From contig JAJISI010000001.1 of assembly GCA_022848805.1 (NCBI GenBank), forward strand, positions 1 through 54,445: DNA of 54,445 bases. The letters are read 5' to 3'. The position numbers and the translations under genes were made by a program. The DNA is from Thermoplasmatota archaeon. Its GTDB lineage: Archaea; Thermoplasmatota; Thermoplasmata; UBA10834. Within the stretch, counting starts at the first letter, position 1; the number at the start of each line of letters is the position of its first letter. This document shows, one piece after another, positions 25,513-34,087 of the stretch. The notes below the pieces were generated by a model, which was not told the DNA's origin, did no database searches, and saw nothing but the letters and a program-made list of their open reading frames with translations.

Positions 25513-26989
25513 GTTGACCGTGTTGAGCATGCTGGAACCGTTCCTGCCGCAGCTACTGCTCGTAGTGTTCGCGCTGATGATGCCCGCGCTGGACTACATC
25601 TTCAAGGACAAGCGGATCCTCGCAGCAGTCGCCCTGGCTCCTCTCGTAGGATATGCCGTCATGCTAGTGGCATGGACTTTGGCGGGAGTGTGGGAGCCAC
25701 CAGAGAGCGAGATGTCGCTCATCGAGGTGGACCTCTTCTCGGGTCTGTTCGCCCTCGCGTTCGTCTCAGTCGGGATCATCGTGGTCCTCGGCTCCCCGGA
25801 ATCTATCAGACAGGAGAGGAACCATGGCGAGTACTATGCGCTGATACTGTTGGCCGTCATAGGCATGACCGTGGTGGCCCTGTCCACTGACCTGATATTG
25901 TTGTTCGTCGGTCTTGAGGTGGCTGGCATAGCGTCGTTCGCACTCTCTGGGTTCAGTAAACGGGAGAAGCGATCGGCCGAGGCTGCGACGAAGTACTTCA
26001 TTGTCGGCGGGTTCTCGTCCGCCCTGACGCTGTTTGCGATCTCGCTGTTCTATGGCGTGTCGGGAACGACCGCGATAGCGGACATGGGCCCTGCGATGGA
26101 AGCGATGTTCTCGTCCTTCGACGGAATGGATTCGGTCGGTACGCTCGCCACTGTGATGATTCTAGCTGGACTCGGATTCAAAGTGGCTATCGTCCCGTTC
26201 CATATGTGGGCCCCGGATGTCTATGAGGGATCTCCGACCCCGATATCCGCGCTACTTGCGGCTGCATCCAAGAATATGGGTTTCGCCGCGCTGTTCAAGA
26301 TATTTCTCTTGGGCCTGCTCGTCACCAAAGCCGATTGGGACGTCGCCGTGGCGGTCGTCGCCATCATAACGATGACCGTCGGCAACCTCATAGCAGTCTC
26401 GCAGACGAACATAAAGCGGATGCTGGCGTATTCATCCGTCGCACAGGCGGGATACATACTGATGGTGCTGCCCATAGGCACGGAATATGCACTCGCGGGC
26501 GGCCTGTTCCACGTGCTCACGCACGCGTTCATGAAGTCCGGGGCGTTCATGGTCGTATCTGCCATGGGGGTCCGCGGCGTCGGGGAGTCGCTGAACGACT
26601 TCAAGGGTCTGAGGACGAGATCCCCGTTACTCGCGCTCGCGATGACGCTATTGCTGCTGTCCCTGGCTGGAATCCCACCGCTCGCTGGGTTCGCAAGCAA
26701 GTTCGTGCTGTTCTCATCTGCTGTATATGGCTCGCTCGATCCAGGCCCGTCCTGGTTGATATGGTTGGCCGTGGCGGGCGTTCTGAACAGCGCCCTTTCG
26801 CTTTATTATTACGCACGCGTGATAAAATATATGTACATGGAGAAGGGCCCAGAGGACCGCATATCCGTGCCCCGGCTCACAGGCGTTGCGATACTGTTCG
26901 CTGTCGTGATGACCGTCGTGCTCGGAGTATATTTCGACGCGGTTGTGGAGCTATGCCAGCAAGCAGCTGGCGGACTGTTCAACCCATGA
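25505..26989 (+). CDS. nuoN: complex I-like subunit N (antiporter-like)
   Basis: GTG start overlapping the nuoM end. 494 aa. FKVAIVPFHMWAPDVYEGSPTP signature. Confidence 0.85.
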   Translation: MAELTVLSMLEPFLPQLLLVVFALMMPALDYIFKDKRILAAVALAPLVGYAVMLVAWTLAGVWEPPESEMSLIEVDLFSGLFALAFVSVGIIVVLGSPESIRQERNHGEYYALILLAVIGMTVVALSTDLILLFVGLEVAGIASFALSGFSKREKRSAEAATKYFIVGGFSSALTLFAISLFYGVSGTTAIADMGPAMEAMFSSFDGMDSVGTLATVMILAGLGFKVAIVPFHMWAPDVYEGSPTPISALLAAASKNMGFAALFKIFLLGLLVTKADWDVAVAVVAIITMTVGNLIAVSQTNIKRMLAYSSVAQAGYILMVLPIGTEYALAGGLFHVLTHAFMKSGAFMVVSAMGVRGVGESLNDFKGLRTRSPLLALAMTLLLLSLAGIPPLAGFASKFVLFSSAVYGSLDPGPSWLIWLAVAGVLNSALSLYYYARVIKYMYMEKGPEDRISVPRLTGVAILFAVVMTVVLGVYFDAVVELCQQAAGGLFNP

Positions 26990-27001
26990 GTCTGGGTCGG
27001 T

Positions 27002-27943
27002 CTAGAGGAAAAGCCCTGAGGCGATCATGCCCACCGTGATCAAGATTCCGACAAACATGTGAATCTGGATGGTCATCAACTGCGCCGGTATCAGTTCTCC
27101 GAATTGACTGTGTCTGCGCAGGACTATCCTTCCTGCACGCAGGGCTATCACTCCGGGGATGAGGCCCAGGAGCGCGAGGGTTGGATAGATTTCCATTGCC
27201 CACAGGACGAATATCGAGGCGAACGCGGCAGACATCAGCGCGGTGTACCATATGGCTGCTTTCGACAGCCCCATTCTGACGACCCAGTGGGTCTTCCCGA
27301 CCTTGCCGTCAGCCTCCATGTCTGGGAATTGGTTGATGAAGAGCACAAGTCCTATCAGGAAACCGATTGGGACCCCGGCTGCAAACGGAAGCCATGCGAG
27401 TTCTCCTGTTTGCACGGCATAGGCCCCTCCTACGACGAGCGGGCCGAAACCGAGGCCAACTGCGATCTCTCCTACCCCCTTGGCAGCGAGGTTGGCCCTG
27501 GGGGCTGTGTAGAAGTATCCCAAACCTATACCGAGTGCTCCGAGCGGGATTATCAGCAGGGTAACCCAGAATGCCAGAATCAGGCCAATCACGGCACCGA
27601 CCGCAAAGAAGATGATCGCGGCCCTGTAGATCGCCTCTGGGCTTAGAGTGCCCTCGACTACGAACGGGCTTCCTCCGTTGAACGGACTTTTGTTCCTGTT
27701 GATGCGGTCCGTGCCGCTCCTGTAGTCGAAATAGTCGTTGACTACGTTCGTTCCGGCATGTAGGAACAGCACTCCCGCCAGCGTTAGAATGAACAATAGG
27801 GTGTCGAAGGATGACGTCTCATGCCAAGCGAACACGGCCCCGAAAACCGTCGGCACTATGGTAGCGGTGAAGAACGGCGCCCTCACCTCCATGAACCAGA
27901 CTCTCAGCCCGGGGCTTTGCCGTTCGGGTCTTGTTTCGCCCAT
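27002..27943 (-). CDS. menA: UbiA-superfamily prenyltransferase, MenA-like (DHNA polyprenyltransferase type)
   Basis: 313 aa, polytopic. NVVNDYFDYRSGTD is the Asp-rich motif of the MenA type. A TATA-like GTATATATC lies about 28 nt upstream of the ATG. Confidence 0.65.
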   Translation of the reverse strand: MGETRPERQSPGLRVWFMEVRAPFFTATIVPTVFGAVFAWHETSSFDTLLFILTLAGVLFLHAGTNVVNDYFDYRSGTDRINRNKSPFNGGSPFVVEGTLSPEAIYRAAIIFFAVGAVIGLILAFWVTLLIIPLGALGIGLGYFYTAPRANLAAKGVGEIAVGLGFGPLVVGGAYAVQTGELAWLPFAAGVPIGFLIGLVLFINQFPDMEADGKVGKTHWVVRMGLSKAAIWYTALMSAAFASIFVLWAMEIYPTLALLGLIPGVIALRAGRIVLRRHSQFGELIPAQLMTIQIHMFVGILITVGMIASGLFL

Positions 27944-27966
27944 CGGTCCCCTGAAGGGGGGACTCC

Positions 27967-27975
27967 GATATATAC
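27967..27975 (-). promoter_or_regulatory. TATA-like box for menA (leaderless geometry); may also serve the divergent polyprenyl synthase gene
   Basis: GATATATAC on the plus strand, centred about 28 nt from ATG 27943. Confidence 0.35.
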
Positions 27976-28085
27976 AATTCTCATCGGGCTGAGGGTCGCG
28001 TAGCCAGAGGTTTCCATGGTAGTTGTGGAGGGACTATCCAGTACATGGCCAGCAAACCATTAGTGTTAAGTAGATATTGGGTCAT

Positions 28086-29069
28086 ATGCGGAATCTGATG
28101 AGGCCATCCCCTTGGGATTTTGGCGTAGACAGTGAGCTGGAACTCGTCGAGGAAAGGCTCCGAGAGATGGTGAAGTCTGAGGAGAAGATCCTGACGGACG
28201 CCTCCCTTCACGTCATAGATTCAGGGGGAAAGCGGTTCAGACCCACGGTGACGATCCTGTCTTATAAGAGCCTTGGCGGACAGGATGTCGACAAGATCGT
28301 GGACATCGCAGCCGGGTTTGAGTTGATTCACTCGGCGACTCTGGTGCACGACGACATCAATGATGGCGGCAACACTAGACGGGGTCGTGAGACCGTGTAT
28401 CTCAAGTACGGCCTCCACAACGCAGTGGTGACCGGGGATTTCCTGTTCGTGAAGGCGTTCTCGTTGGGCGGTATGTTTGACAAGGAGGTGGTCAGAATAA
28501 CCTCCGATGCATGTGCGAAGCTCGCCGAAGGCGAGATAATGCAGAGTCGATACCGACATACCAAAGATTTGAGCATGGACGGATACGTCCGGATAATGGA
28601 ACGAAAGACGGCGGAGCCGTTGAGTGCCGGGGCGACCGTCGGAGCCTACCTAGCGGGGGGTACGATGGAGGAAATTCGATGCCTCGGCGCGTATGGCCTG
28701 AACCTCGGCATCGCGTTCCAGATTGTGGATGACATCCTGGATTTCGTTGGCGATGAGGCACGGACCGGAAAGCCGGTCGGCACTGATTTGAGGGAAGGTT
28801 ATCTGACACTTCCGTCACTTATCGCAATGAAGGGGTCAGAGAGCGCCACGAAGGAACTCGCTGACATCGCGAGCCAGAATGAGCCATCTCCGGAAGCGGT
28901 GAAGCGATGTGTCGATCTTGTCACTGAATCGGGAGCGATCGAGGAGGCCAGAACCATGGCTGAGTACTACGGCAAGGAAGCCCTGCAGCATCTGGGTTGC
29001 CTATCGAACACCCAGTACAGCGAGGCTCTGCGTGATCTGGTTTCGAAGGTACTTGAAAGGGACTCATAG
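28086..29069 (+). CDS. long-chain trans-polyprenyl diphosphate synthase (IspB-like)
   Basis: First Asp-rich motif LIHSATLVHDDINDGG, with small residues at -4/-5. Second Asp-rich motif FQIVDDILDF. The start is ambiguous among TTG 28077, ATG 28086 and ATG 28098. Confidence 0.8.
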   Translation: MRNLMRPSPWDFGVDSELELVEERLREMVKSEEKILTDASLHVIDSGGKRFRPTVTILSYKSLGGQDVDKIVDIAAGFELIHSATLVHDDINDGGNTRRGRETVYLKYGLHNAVVTGDFLFVKAFSLGGMFDKEVVRITSDACAKLAEGEIMQSRYRHTKDLSMDGYVRIMERKTAEPLSAGATVGAYLAGGTMEEIRCLGAYGLNLGIAFQIVDDILDFVGDEARTGKPVGTDLREGYLTLPSLIAMKGSESATKELADIASQNEPSPEAVKRCVDLVTESGAIEEARTMAEYYGKEALQHLGCLSNTQYSEALRDLVSKVLERDS

Positions 29070-29079
29070 GTGTATTCAA

Positions 29080-29811
29080 ATGAATCATGAAGGCATGACC
29101 ACATCTGAGTGGCTCGAGGTCCTTGAGGCGATGGAGGATGTCGCACCCCACTACGATAGGGTGAATCAGCTTATCACATTGGGCTTGGCTGACAGGTGGA
29201 GGGCCGAAGTGGCCAGCAGGGCCGACAGGAACGACGTGGTCCTCGAGCTCGGATCGGGGCCAGGGAGTTTCGCCCGGCATCTCGGGGATCAGACCGTTTA
29301 TTGTCTGGAACCGTCCGATCGGCTGTTGAAGGCATCCCGCGAATCACTCGACGAGGAACGGATTAGCTTCATCAGGGGCGTCGGAGAGAGAGTACCACTC
29401 ACCGATGATTCCGTTGACAAAGTGTTCTGCTCGTTCTCCTTCAGGGATTTCAAGGACAAATCCTTTGGCACGAGCGAGATGTTCAGGGTTCTGAGAGATG
29501 GTGGACAGACCTTCATCGCTGATGTGGCGAAGCCACCACCAGGCCCGATGGCGAAGCTCTTGCAGATGCACATGCGTTTCGTCGTTCCCACCCTCGCTAA
29601 GGTCGCGGTCCATCCCGCGGCACGGGCGAGGTGGAAGAATGATCCGTACCGGAAGTTCGTCGACACATACGAGGCGTTCGGTTTCACCACCGTGTACGAG
29701 GAACTGTTGCGTAGCCAGGGCTTCGTTGATGTCTCGACCGAGTTCCTTACTATGAGAGGTGCGACGTTAACAAGGGGGAAGAAACCCTGGAAGTCGACAT
29801 CCTCATCGTAG
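29080..29811 (+). CDS. ubiE: UbiE/MenG-family quinone C-methyltransferase
   Basis: ORF 28909-29811 trimmed to ATG 29080, just after the upstream stop. HYDRVNQLITLGLADRWR is a UbiE signature, and VLELGSGPGSF is the SAM-binding motif. 243 aa. Confidence 0.75.
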   Translation: MNHEGMTTSEWLEVLEAMEDVAPHYDRVNQLITLGLADRWRAEVASRADRNDVVLELGSGPGSFARHLGDQTVYCLEPSDRLLKASRESLDEERISFIRGVGERVPLTDDSVDKVFCSFSFRDFKDKSFGTSEMFRVLRDGGQTFIADVAKPPPGPMAKLLQMHMRFVVPTLAKVAVHPAARARWKNDPYRKFVDTYEAFGFTTVYEELLRSQGFVDVSTEFLTMRGATLTRGKKPWKSTSSS

Positions 29812-30863
29812 GTGCAGGCCCTGCAGGGAGCACAACGGCTAGATTCTGTGCTGACAAAGATACCGAAGTCCTCATGATCGACAGGCGGAGGGAGATCGGC
29901 TATCCTGTCCAATGTGGCGAACTCCTTCCCGCGACTAAGGAGATGTACTCGATTTTCCCCCGGGGGACTAACCTGGAGGAGCTGTTCGATATCGACGACT
30001 CCCTGACCGCGGGTAGTTGTTCCTCAGTGGAGTTCATCTCCCCAGGTGGCAGAGTCTACAGCTCTGATTTCGTGTCGCACGCGTTGGACCGGCGGATATT
30101 CGACAAACATCTCGTGAGCCTCGCTATCGAGCGGGGCGCAAGGGTCGAGAAAGGTGTGTCCCTCACCTCCATCGAAGACGGCGTCGCAAACACGACCATC
30201 GGCGAGGTCAGAGCGAAGGTCATCGTAGGTGCAGATGGTCCAAATTCGCTTGTAGCTAGGCAAGCAGGCCTTCAGAGACCATCGGCCAGGTATCCTGCGA
30301 TAACCTGCAGGGCCGAGGGTCAGTTCGGCGACGCGGTGAAGATGTTCTTTGGGATGGTCGCGCCCGGAGGATATGCGTGGATCATCCCGAAAACCATGGG
30401 AGCCAATGTCGGCCTGGGCCTAAACCGCAGGACCTGCAGGGAGCAACCGAGCGTTGCCCTCAGACGGTTCGTGGACAACTTGGGTTGCAGGGTGACCGAT
30501 GTGGCGCTTGGGTTCGTGCCGATGTCGGGCCCAGTCTCCTCGACCGTTAATGGGAATGTGATGCTTGTGGGGGACGCCGCCGGACATACGATGGCGTCGA
30601 ATGGTGGTGGCATTCCAACCGCGATGATCGCTGGAAGACTGGCAGGACGGATCGCGAGGGAGCACGTGGCGAATGGAAATCCTTTGTCCACATACGAAGA
30701 GGAATGGCGTCGAGTCATGTACAATCCTCTGAGTCGCTCCCTGCGTACCAAGCGGTTCGCCGATTTCTTCTTTTCGAACGACCGCATGCTGGGGTTGGCC
30801 ATGGCTATATTGGGCAATCGTGGTCTGGATAGGGCTATCCGGTGCAAGCGCCTGTTCCTCTAG
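29787..30863 (+). CDS. geranylgeranyl-reductase-family FAD oxidoreductase (candidate prenyl side-chain reductase); start codon uncertain
   Basis: The track ORF starts at ATG 29874, but the same frame upstream encodes EVDILIVGAGPAGSTTARFCADKDTEVLMIDRR, the FAD Rossmann motif. There is no ATG, GTG or TTG between stop 29727 and 29874. CTG 29787 lies 8 nt after a GGGGG run. Confidence 0.7.
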   Translation: MEVDILIVGAGPAGSTTARFCADKDTEVLMIDRRREIGYPVQCGELLPATKEMYSIFPRGTNLEELFDIDDSLTAGSCSSVEFISPGGRVYSSDFVSHALDRRIFDKHLVSLAIERGARVEKGVSLTSIEDGVANTTIGEVRAKVIVGADGPNSLVARQAGLQRPSARYPAITCRAEGQFGDAVKMFFGMVAPGGYAWIIPKTMGANVGLGLNRRTCREQPSVALRRFVDNLGCRVTDVALGFVPMSGPVSSTVNGNVMLVGDAAGHTMASNGGGIPTAMIAGRLAGRIAREHVANGNPLSTYEEEWRRVMYNPLSRSLRTKRFADFFFSNDRMLGLAMAILGNRGLDRAIRCKRLFL

Positions 30864-30906
30864 CTCGGATATTCATATAGAAATGACGCTGAAGCGCATC
30901 ACCGGA

Positions 30907-31392
30907 CTACTTCTTCTTGCGTTTTGTCTTCGTCGGGCTGCCGCAGATATCGCACTCTGTGACATCCGAGTCGAACCTCTTGCCGCAGCCGGTGCAGCGG
31001 AATTCCCAGAGCAAAACCTTTCGAATCCCCTTCTGCTCTAGACCCCTGTATGATACACCTAGAACCTCTGCGAGGTTCTGGATGGAGTAGTCGTCAGTAA
31101 CGAGCTGGTAGCCGAGGTCCAGCGCAAGTGCGAGGACCTCTTTGTCTGTCGACGACAGTCTTCTTGAATCGCCGGTCTTCTCACTCCCGGCAACGACTTT
31201 CGTTAGCGATTCCTTGGTAGGCGACAGCACTTTGATTCTCGTGGCCAGGAGCAGATCTAGTCGTTCCTTCATCCCTTCGCGGTTCAGCTCCCTGACCACT
31301 CCCGGGGATATCACCAGTTCGAATTCCGGTGGCATGTCTTTGCCGTAGTAGAGTGCAGATGTGTCGAGAACAAGCCCCTTCGTCTGGATCAC
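30907..31392 (-). CDS. nob1: Nob1-like PIN-domain endonuclease with C-terminal zinc ribbon
   Basis: GLVLDTSALYYG and VTDDYSIQNLA are PIN acidic residues. The ribbon is CTGCGKRF...CDICGS. GTG 31392 is preferred because it lies directly after the thiI stop; ATG 31428 is also possible. Confidence 0.7.
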   Translation of the reverse strand: MIQTKGLVLDTSALYYGKDMPPEFELVISPGVVRELNREGMKERLDLLLATRIKVLSPTKESLTKVVAGSEKTGDSRRLSSTDKEVLALALDLGYQLVTDDYSIQNLAEVLGVSYRGLEQKGIRKVLLWEFRCTGCGKRFDSDVTECDICGSPTKTKRKKK

Positions 31393-31393
31393 C

Positions 31394-32020
31394 TCACTCC
31401 ATCTTATTGGCGCCTTTGATTCCCGCATCGACGATTCCGTCGATATCGACCCTGGACTCCTCTTCGAGTACCGCTTCGAGCGACGCATGTGTCGAGGGTC
31501 TATCGGGAGCGTATTCGCAGCACGAACCCGTCGAGACGGATATCTCGTATGTGCCGATCTCCTTGGCTATGCGTTCTATCTCCACCTTGTCCATGCCGAT
31601 CAAGGGTCGGAGTACCGGGACGGATGCGGCCTCTTCCTCTACGAAGATGTTCATGAGCGTCTGGGATGCTACCTGGCCAAGTGATTCGCCCGTAACAATG
31701 AACGAGGCGTCCATGCTATCCGCGAACTTGCTCGCGACTCTCAGCATGACCCTTCTGCAGAGGACGCATGTCAGGCTGGACCCACACTTCTCAGCCAGTG
31801 TATTCAGGACTTCTCCGTGTCGCACGACCATCTTCGTCATGTTTGTGTCCAAAGCGCGATCCATCTGCTCCATCAGCTTCAGAACCTTGTCGCTCTCGCT
31901 TGGTCGGTCGGAGAGAGCCGCATCGAAATGAACCGCCACAAGGTCGACCCCTTGCCTTCCAAGCAGATATCCCGCGACTGGGGAGTCGATTCCTCCTGAA
32001 AGAAGCAGAATTCCTCTCAC
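31394..32020 (-). CDS. thiI: ThiI-type PP-loop ATP pyrophosphatase (tRNA 4-thiouridine/thiazole sulfurtransferase) lacking the THUMP domain
   Basis: ORF trimmed to GTG 32020, 4 nt after the upstream stop. LLLSGGIDSPVAGYL is the PP-loop. CVLC plus CC are Cys candidates for the Fe-S cluster seen in archaeal ThiI. 208 aa. Confidence 0.7.
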   Translation of the reverse strand: MRGILLLSGGIDSPVAGYLLGRQGVDLVAVHFDAALSDRPSESDKVLKLMEQMDRALDTNMTKMVVRHGEVLNTLAEKCGSSLTCVLCRRVMLRVASKFADSMDASFIVTGESLGQVASQTLMNIFVEEEAASVPVLRPLIGMDKVEIERIAKEIGTYEISVSTGSCCEYAPDRPSTHASLEAVLEEESRVDIDGIVDAGIKGANKME

Positions 32021-32024
32021 TCTC

Positions 32025-32774
32025 TCACCTGTCGTACGTGTAGTAGTGCTGTTTGCCGCAACTCTCGCAGTCTGGGTTCTTCTTGACTCTGATCTTCTGG
32101 AGGTCTCCGTGCCATACATCAATTATCATGAGTTCAGGCGTAGCGTCCTCCCCTAGCATGACCTTCAGGGCCTCTGTAACCTCAAGGGACGCGACCACGC
32201 TCGGAAGAGTATTCACAATCCCGACAGTGTCGCATGTAGGGAGTTGGCCTGCTGGAGGGAGCGTGGGGAATATACATCTAAGACACGGTCCCGCCGGAAC
32301 GACAGGGAATACCATTCCGGACGTTCCGACGGCTCCCCCGTATACCCAAGGAATGCTGAGCTTCACGCAAGCGTCGTTGACAACGAAACGCGTCTCCATG
32401 TTGTCTGTGCCGTCGACTACAACGGTCGCACCATCGACCAGATCCTCGACGCTGTCAGCCCGTACATCGGTCATCGCCGAGGTTATCTCGATTACCGAGT
32501 TCACTTGTTTCAACACACGTTCCGCAGTGGCCGCCTTCGGCTCACCGATGTCTTGCTCAGAGAAGAGGGTCTGTCGCTGAAGGTTGCTTAATTCCACCCG
32601 GTCTCTGTCAACGATGAGGATGCGACCGACGCCCGCCCTTGCCAGCAACGAGGCTGCGTGCGTTCCGAGGGCTCCGCAGCCGATGACCACTGCTCTGGCC
32701 GCGGATAACTTTCTCTGGCCCTCCTCGCCGATCTCCTTGAGGAGCGTCTGCCTAGAATATCTCTCTGGGCTCAA
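32025..32774 (-). CDS. ThiF/MoeB/UbaA-type E1-like adenylyltransferase
   Basis: RYSRQ...VVIGCGALGTHAASLLARAGVG..IVDRDRVELSNLQRQ, with Zn Cys pairs CLRC and CESCG. 249 aa. Confidence 0.8.
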   Translation of the reverse strand: MSPERYSRQTLLKEIGEEGQRKLSAARAVVIGCGALGTHAASLLARAGVGRILIVDRDRVELSNLQRQTLFSEQDIGEPKAATAERVLKQVNSVIEITSAMTDVRADSVEDLVDGATVVVDGTDNMETRFVVNDACVKLSIPWVYGGAVGTSGMVFPVVPAGPCLRCIFPTLPPAGQLPTCDTVGIVNTLPSVVASLEVTEALKVMLGEDATPELMIIDVWHGDLQKIRVKKNPDCESCGKQHYYTYDR

Positions 32775-32825
32775 TAAAGGCTGATACGTGCCCGCTTGTA
32801 TTAATTCGTTTCAGGCTTTGTCAGA

Positions 32826-34040
32826 CTATCGGATGACGTAGTCCATGTCAAACCGCTCCCTGAAGGCTTTCACGCGTTTCTTGACGTTCTTCCCCTCAGC
32901 GGCGTCCATGAAGATGTCGGCTAGTTCTGGGAGGTCCTTCTCCTTAACTCCCATGCGGGTTATTTCGGCCGTGCCCAGCCTTCCGACGGAGTCGATGATG
33001 AGGTTTGATTCCTCCACCTTGATGGAGAAGTCGTTCATGGAAGACCCGTAGGTCTTCCTGAGCTTATTCTGGTCGATCAATAGCTGATGCGATTGCGTGT
33101 ATCCGAATTCCTCGAACATGACCGGGAACCCCCTTTCTGATAGCTCTCGCCCGAGCCTCTTCGAGTTCCTGACGATCTGCTTCGCATACCGGCTACCATG
33201 TCTCTGTATCTCCAGGAGCGCCTGTCCTAGGGCGGCGATCCTGTTCCAATGAACGTTATCCACTATCCGCCAGACAAGGTTCTTCCTGATCTCACGGTCG
33301 GCGTTGCGGTTATTGGTAACTATCAACCCCCCCTGGGGGCCGAAGAAACTTTTGTGCGTGGAACCATACAAAACGTTCGCTCCCTCTTTGAGCGGTTGCT
33401 GAAACTCTCCTCCCGCGATGAGGCCAAGCACGTGGGAACCGTCGTACATCAGGGTTGATTCCGTCCTCTCGCATGCCTCTCGAAGCGGTTTCATATCATA
33501 TGGGAAAAGGATGAATGACGCGCCAAGAATGACCAGCTTCGGTTTCCTCTTCCTTATCATGGCGGCGGCTTTGTCAGTCTGGATGGTGTAAGTGTCCGGA
33601 TTGAACGGCAGCTTACATGCCTTCAGTCCGAATATGTCAGGGAGATAGGCCTGCCCGTAACCGTCGTAGCCTCCGTGCTCGATAGGGATCGCACACATCG
33701 TGTCTCCCCGCTTCGTTGCCGAAACGATGGCAATCATAGCCGCGATGTGCCCCGATAGTGGTTGGACGCATGCGTGCTTCGAACGGAATACCTCGCACGC
33801 GACCTCTTCAGCGGATCGTTCGATTTCGGTGGTGATTCTAGTTCCTCGATAGCCGTTCTCAAGGTACTCACCCGCGTACTTCGCATTGACCGGAAGCGTG
33901 TATCTGTGCCCGAAGTCTGAGGAGAGCAGCGCCCTGACCTGTGGGCTGGTGACATTCTCGGACGGAAGCAAGTTGACGGAATCCTCGAGCCTCCATTTCT
34001 GCTGTGTCCTCATCTGTTGGATGAAGTAGTCCTTCTTCAT
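32826..34040 (-). CDS. glyA: serine hydroxymethyltransferase (divergent archaeal type)
   Basis: LPSENVTSP...GSTHKSFFGPQGGLI contains the PLP lysine motif. 404 aa. Confidence 0.75.
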   Translation of the reverse strand: MKKDYFIQQMRTQQKWRLEDSVNLLPSENVTSPQVRALLSSDFGHRYTLPVNAKYAGEYLENGYRGTRITTEIERSAEEVACEVFRSKHACVQPLSGHIAAMIAIVSATKRGDTMCAIPIEHGGYDGYGQAYLPDIFGLKACKLPFNPDTYTIQTDKAAAMIRKRKPKLVILGASFILFPYDMKPLREACERTESTLMYDGSHVLGLIAGGEFQQPLKEGANVLYGSTHKSFFGPQGGLIVTNNRNADREIRKNLVWRIVDNVHWNRIAALGQALLEIQRHGSRYAKQIVRNSKRLGRELSERGFPVMFEEFGYTQSHQLLIDQNKLRKTYGSSMNDFSIKVEESNLIIDSVGRLGTAEITRMGVKEKDLPELADIFMDAAEGKNVKKRVKAFRERFDMDYVIR

Positions 34041-34087
34041 AGGTCTCAGCTCTGAATGTGATGAATGCGAGGTTGAGCCAATATACG

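Noticed and set aside
19232-27039. Numerous 60-250-aa ORFs overlapping the nuo genes in other frames or on the opposite strand (for example 19232-19933, 19725-20318, 22043-22720, 22167-22796, 23316-24035, 26335-27039), and similar ones over fdhA, hdrA and smc
   Set aside because: These are typical shadow ORFs of GC-rich coding DNA. They have Arg/Gly/Pro/His-rich low-complexity translations with no motifs, and they are fully embedded in genes with strong family signatures.
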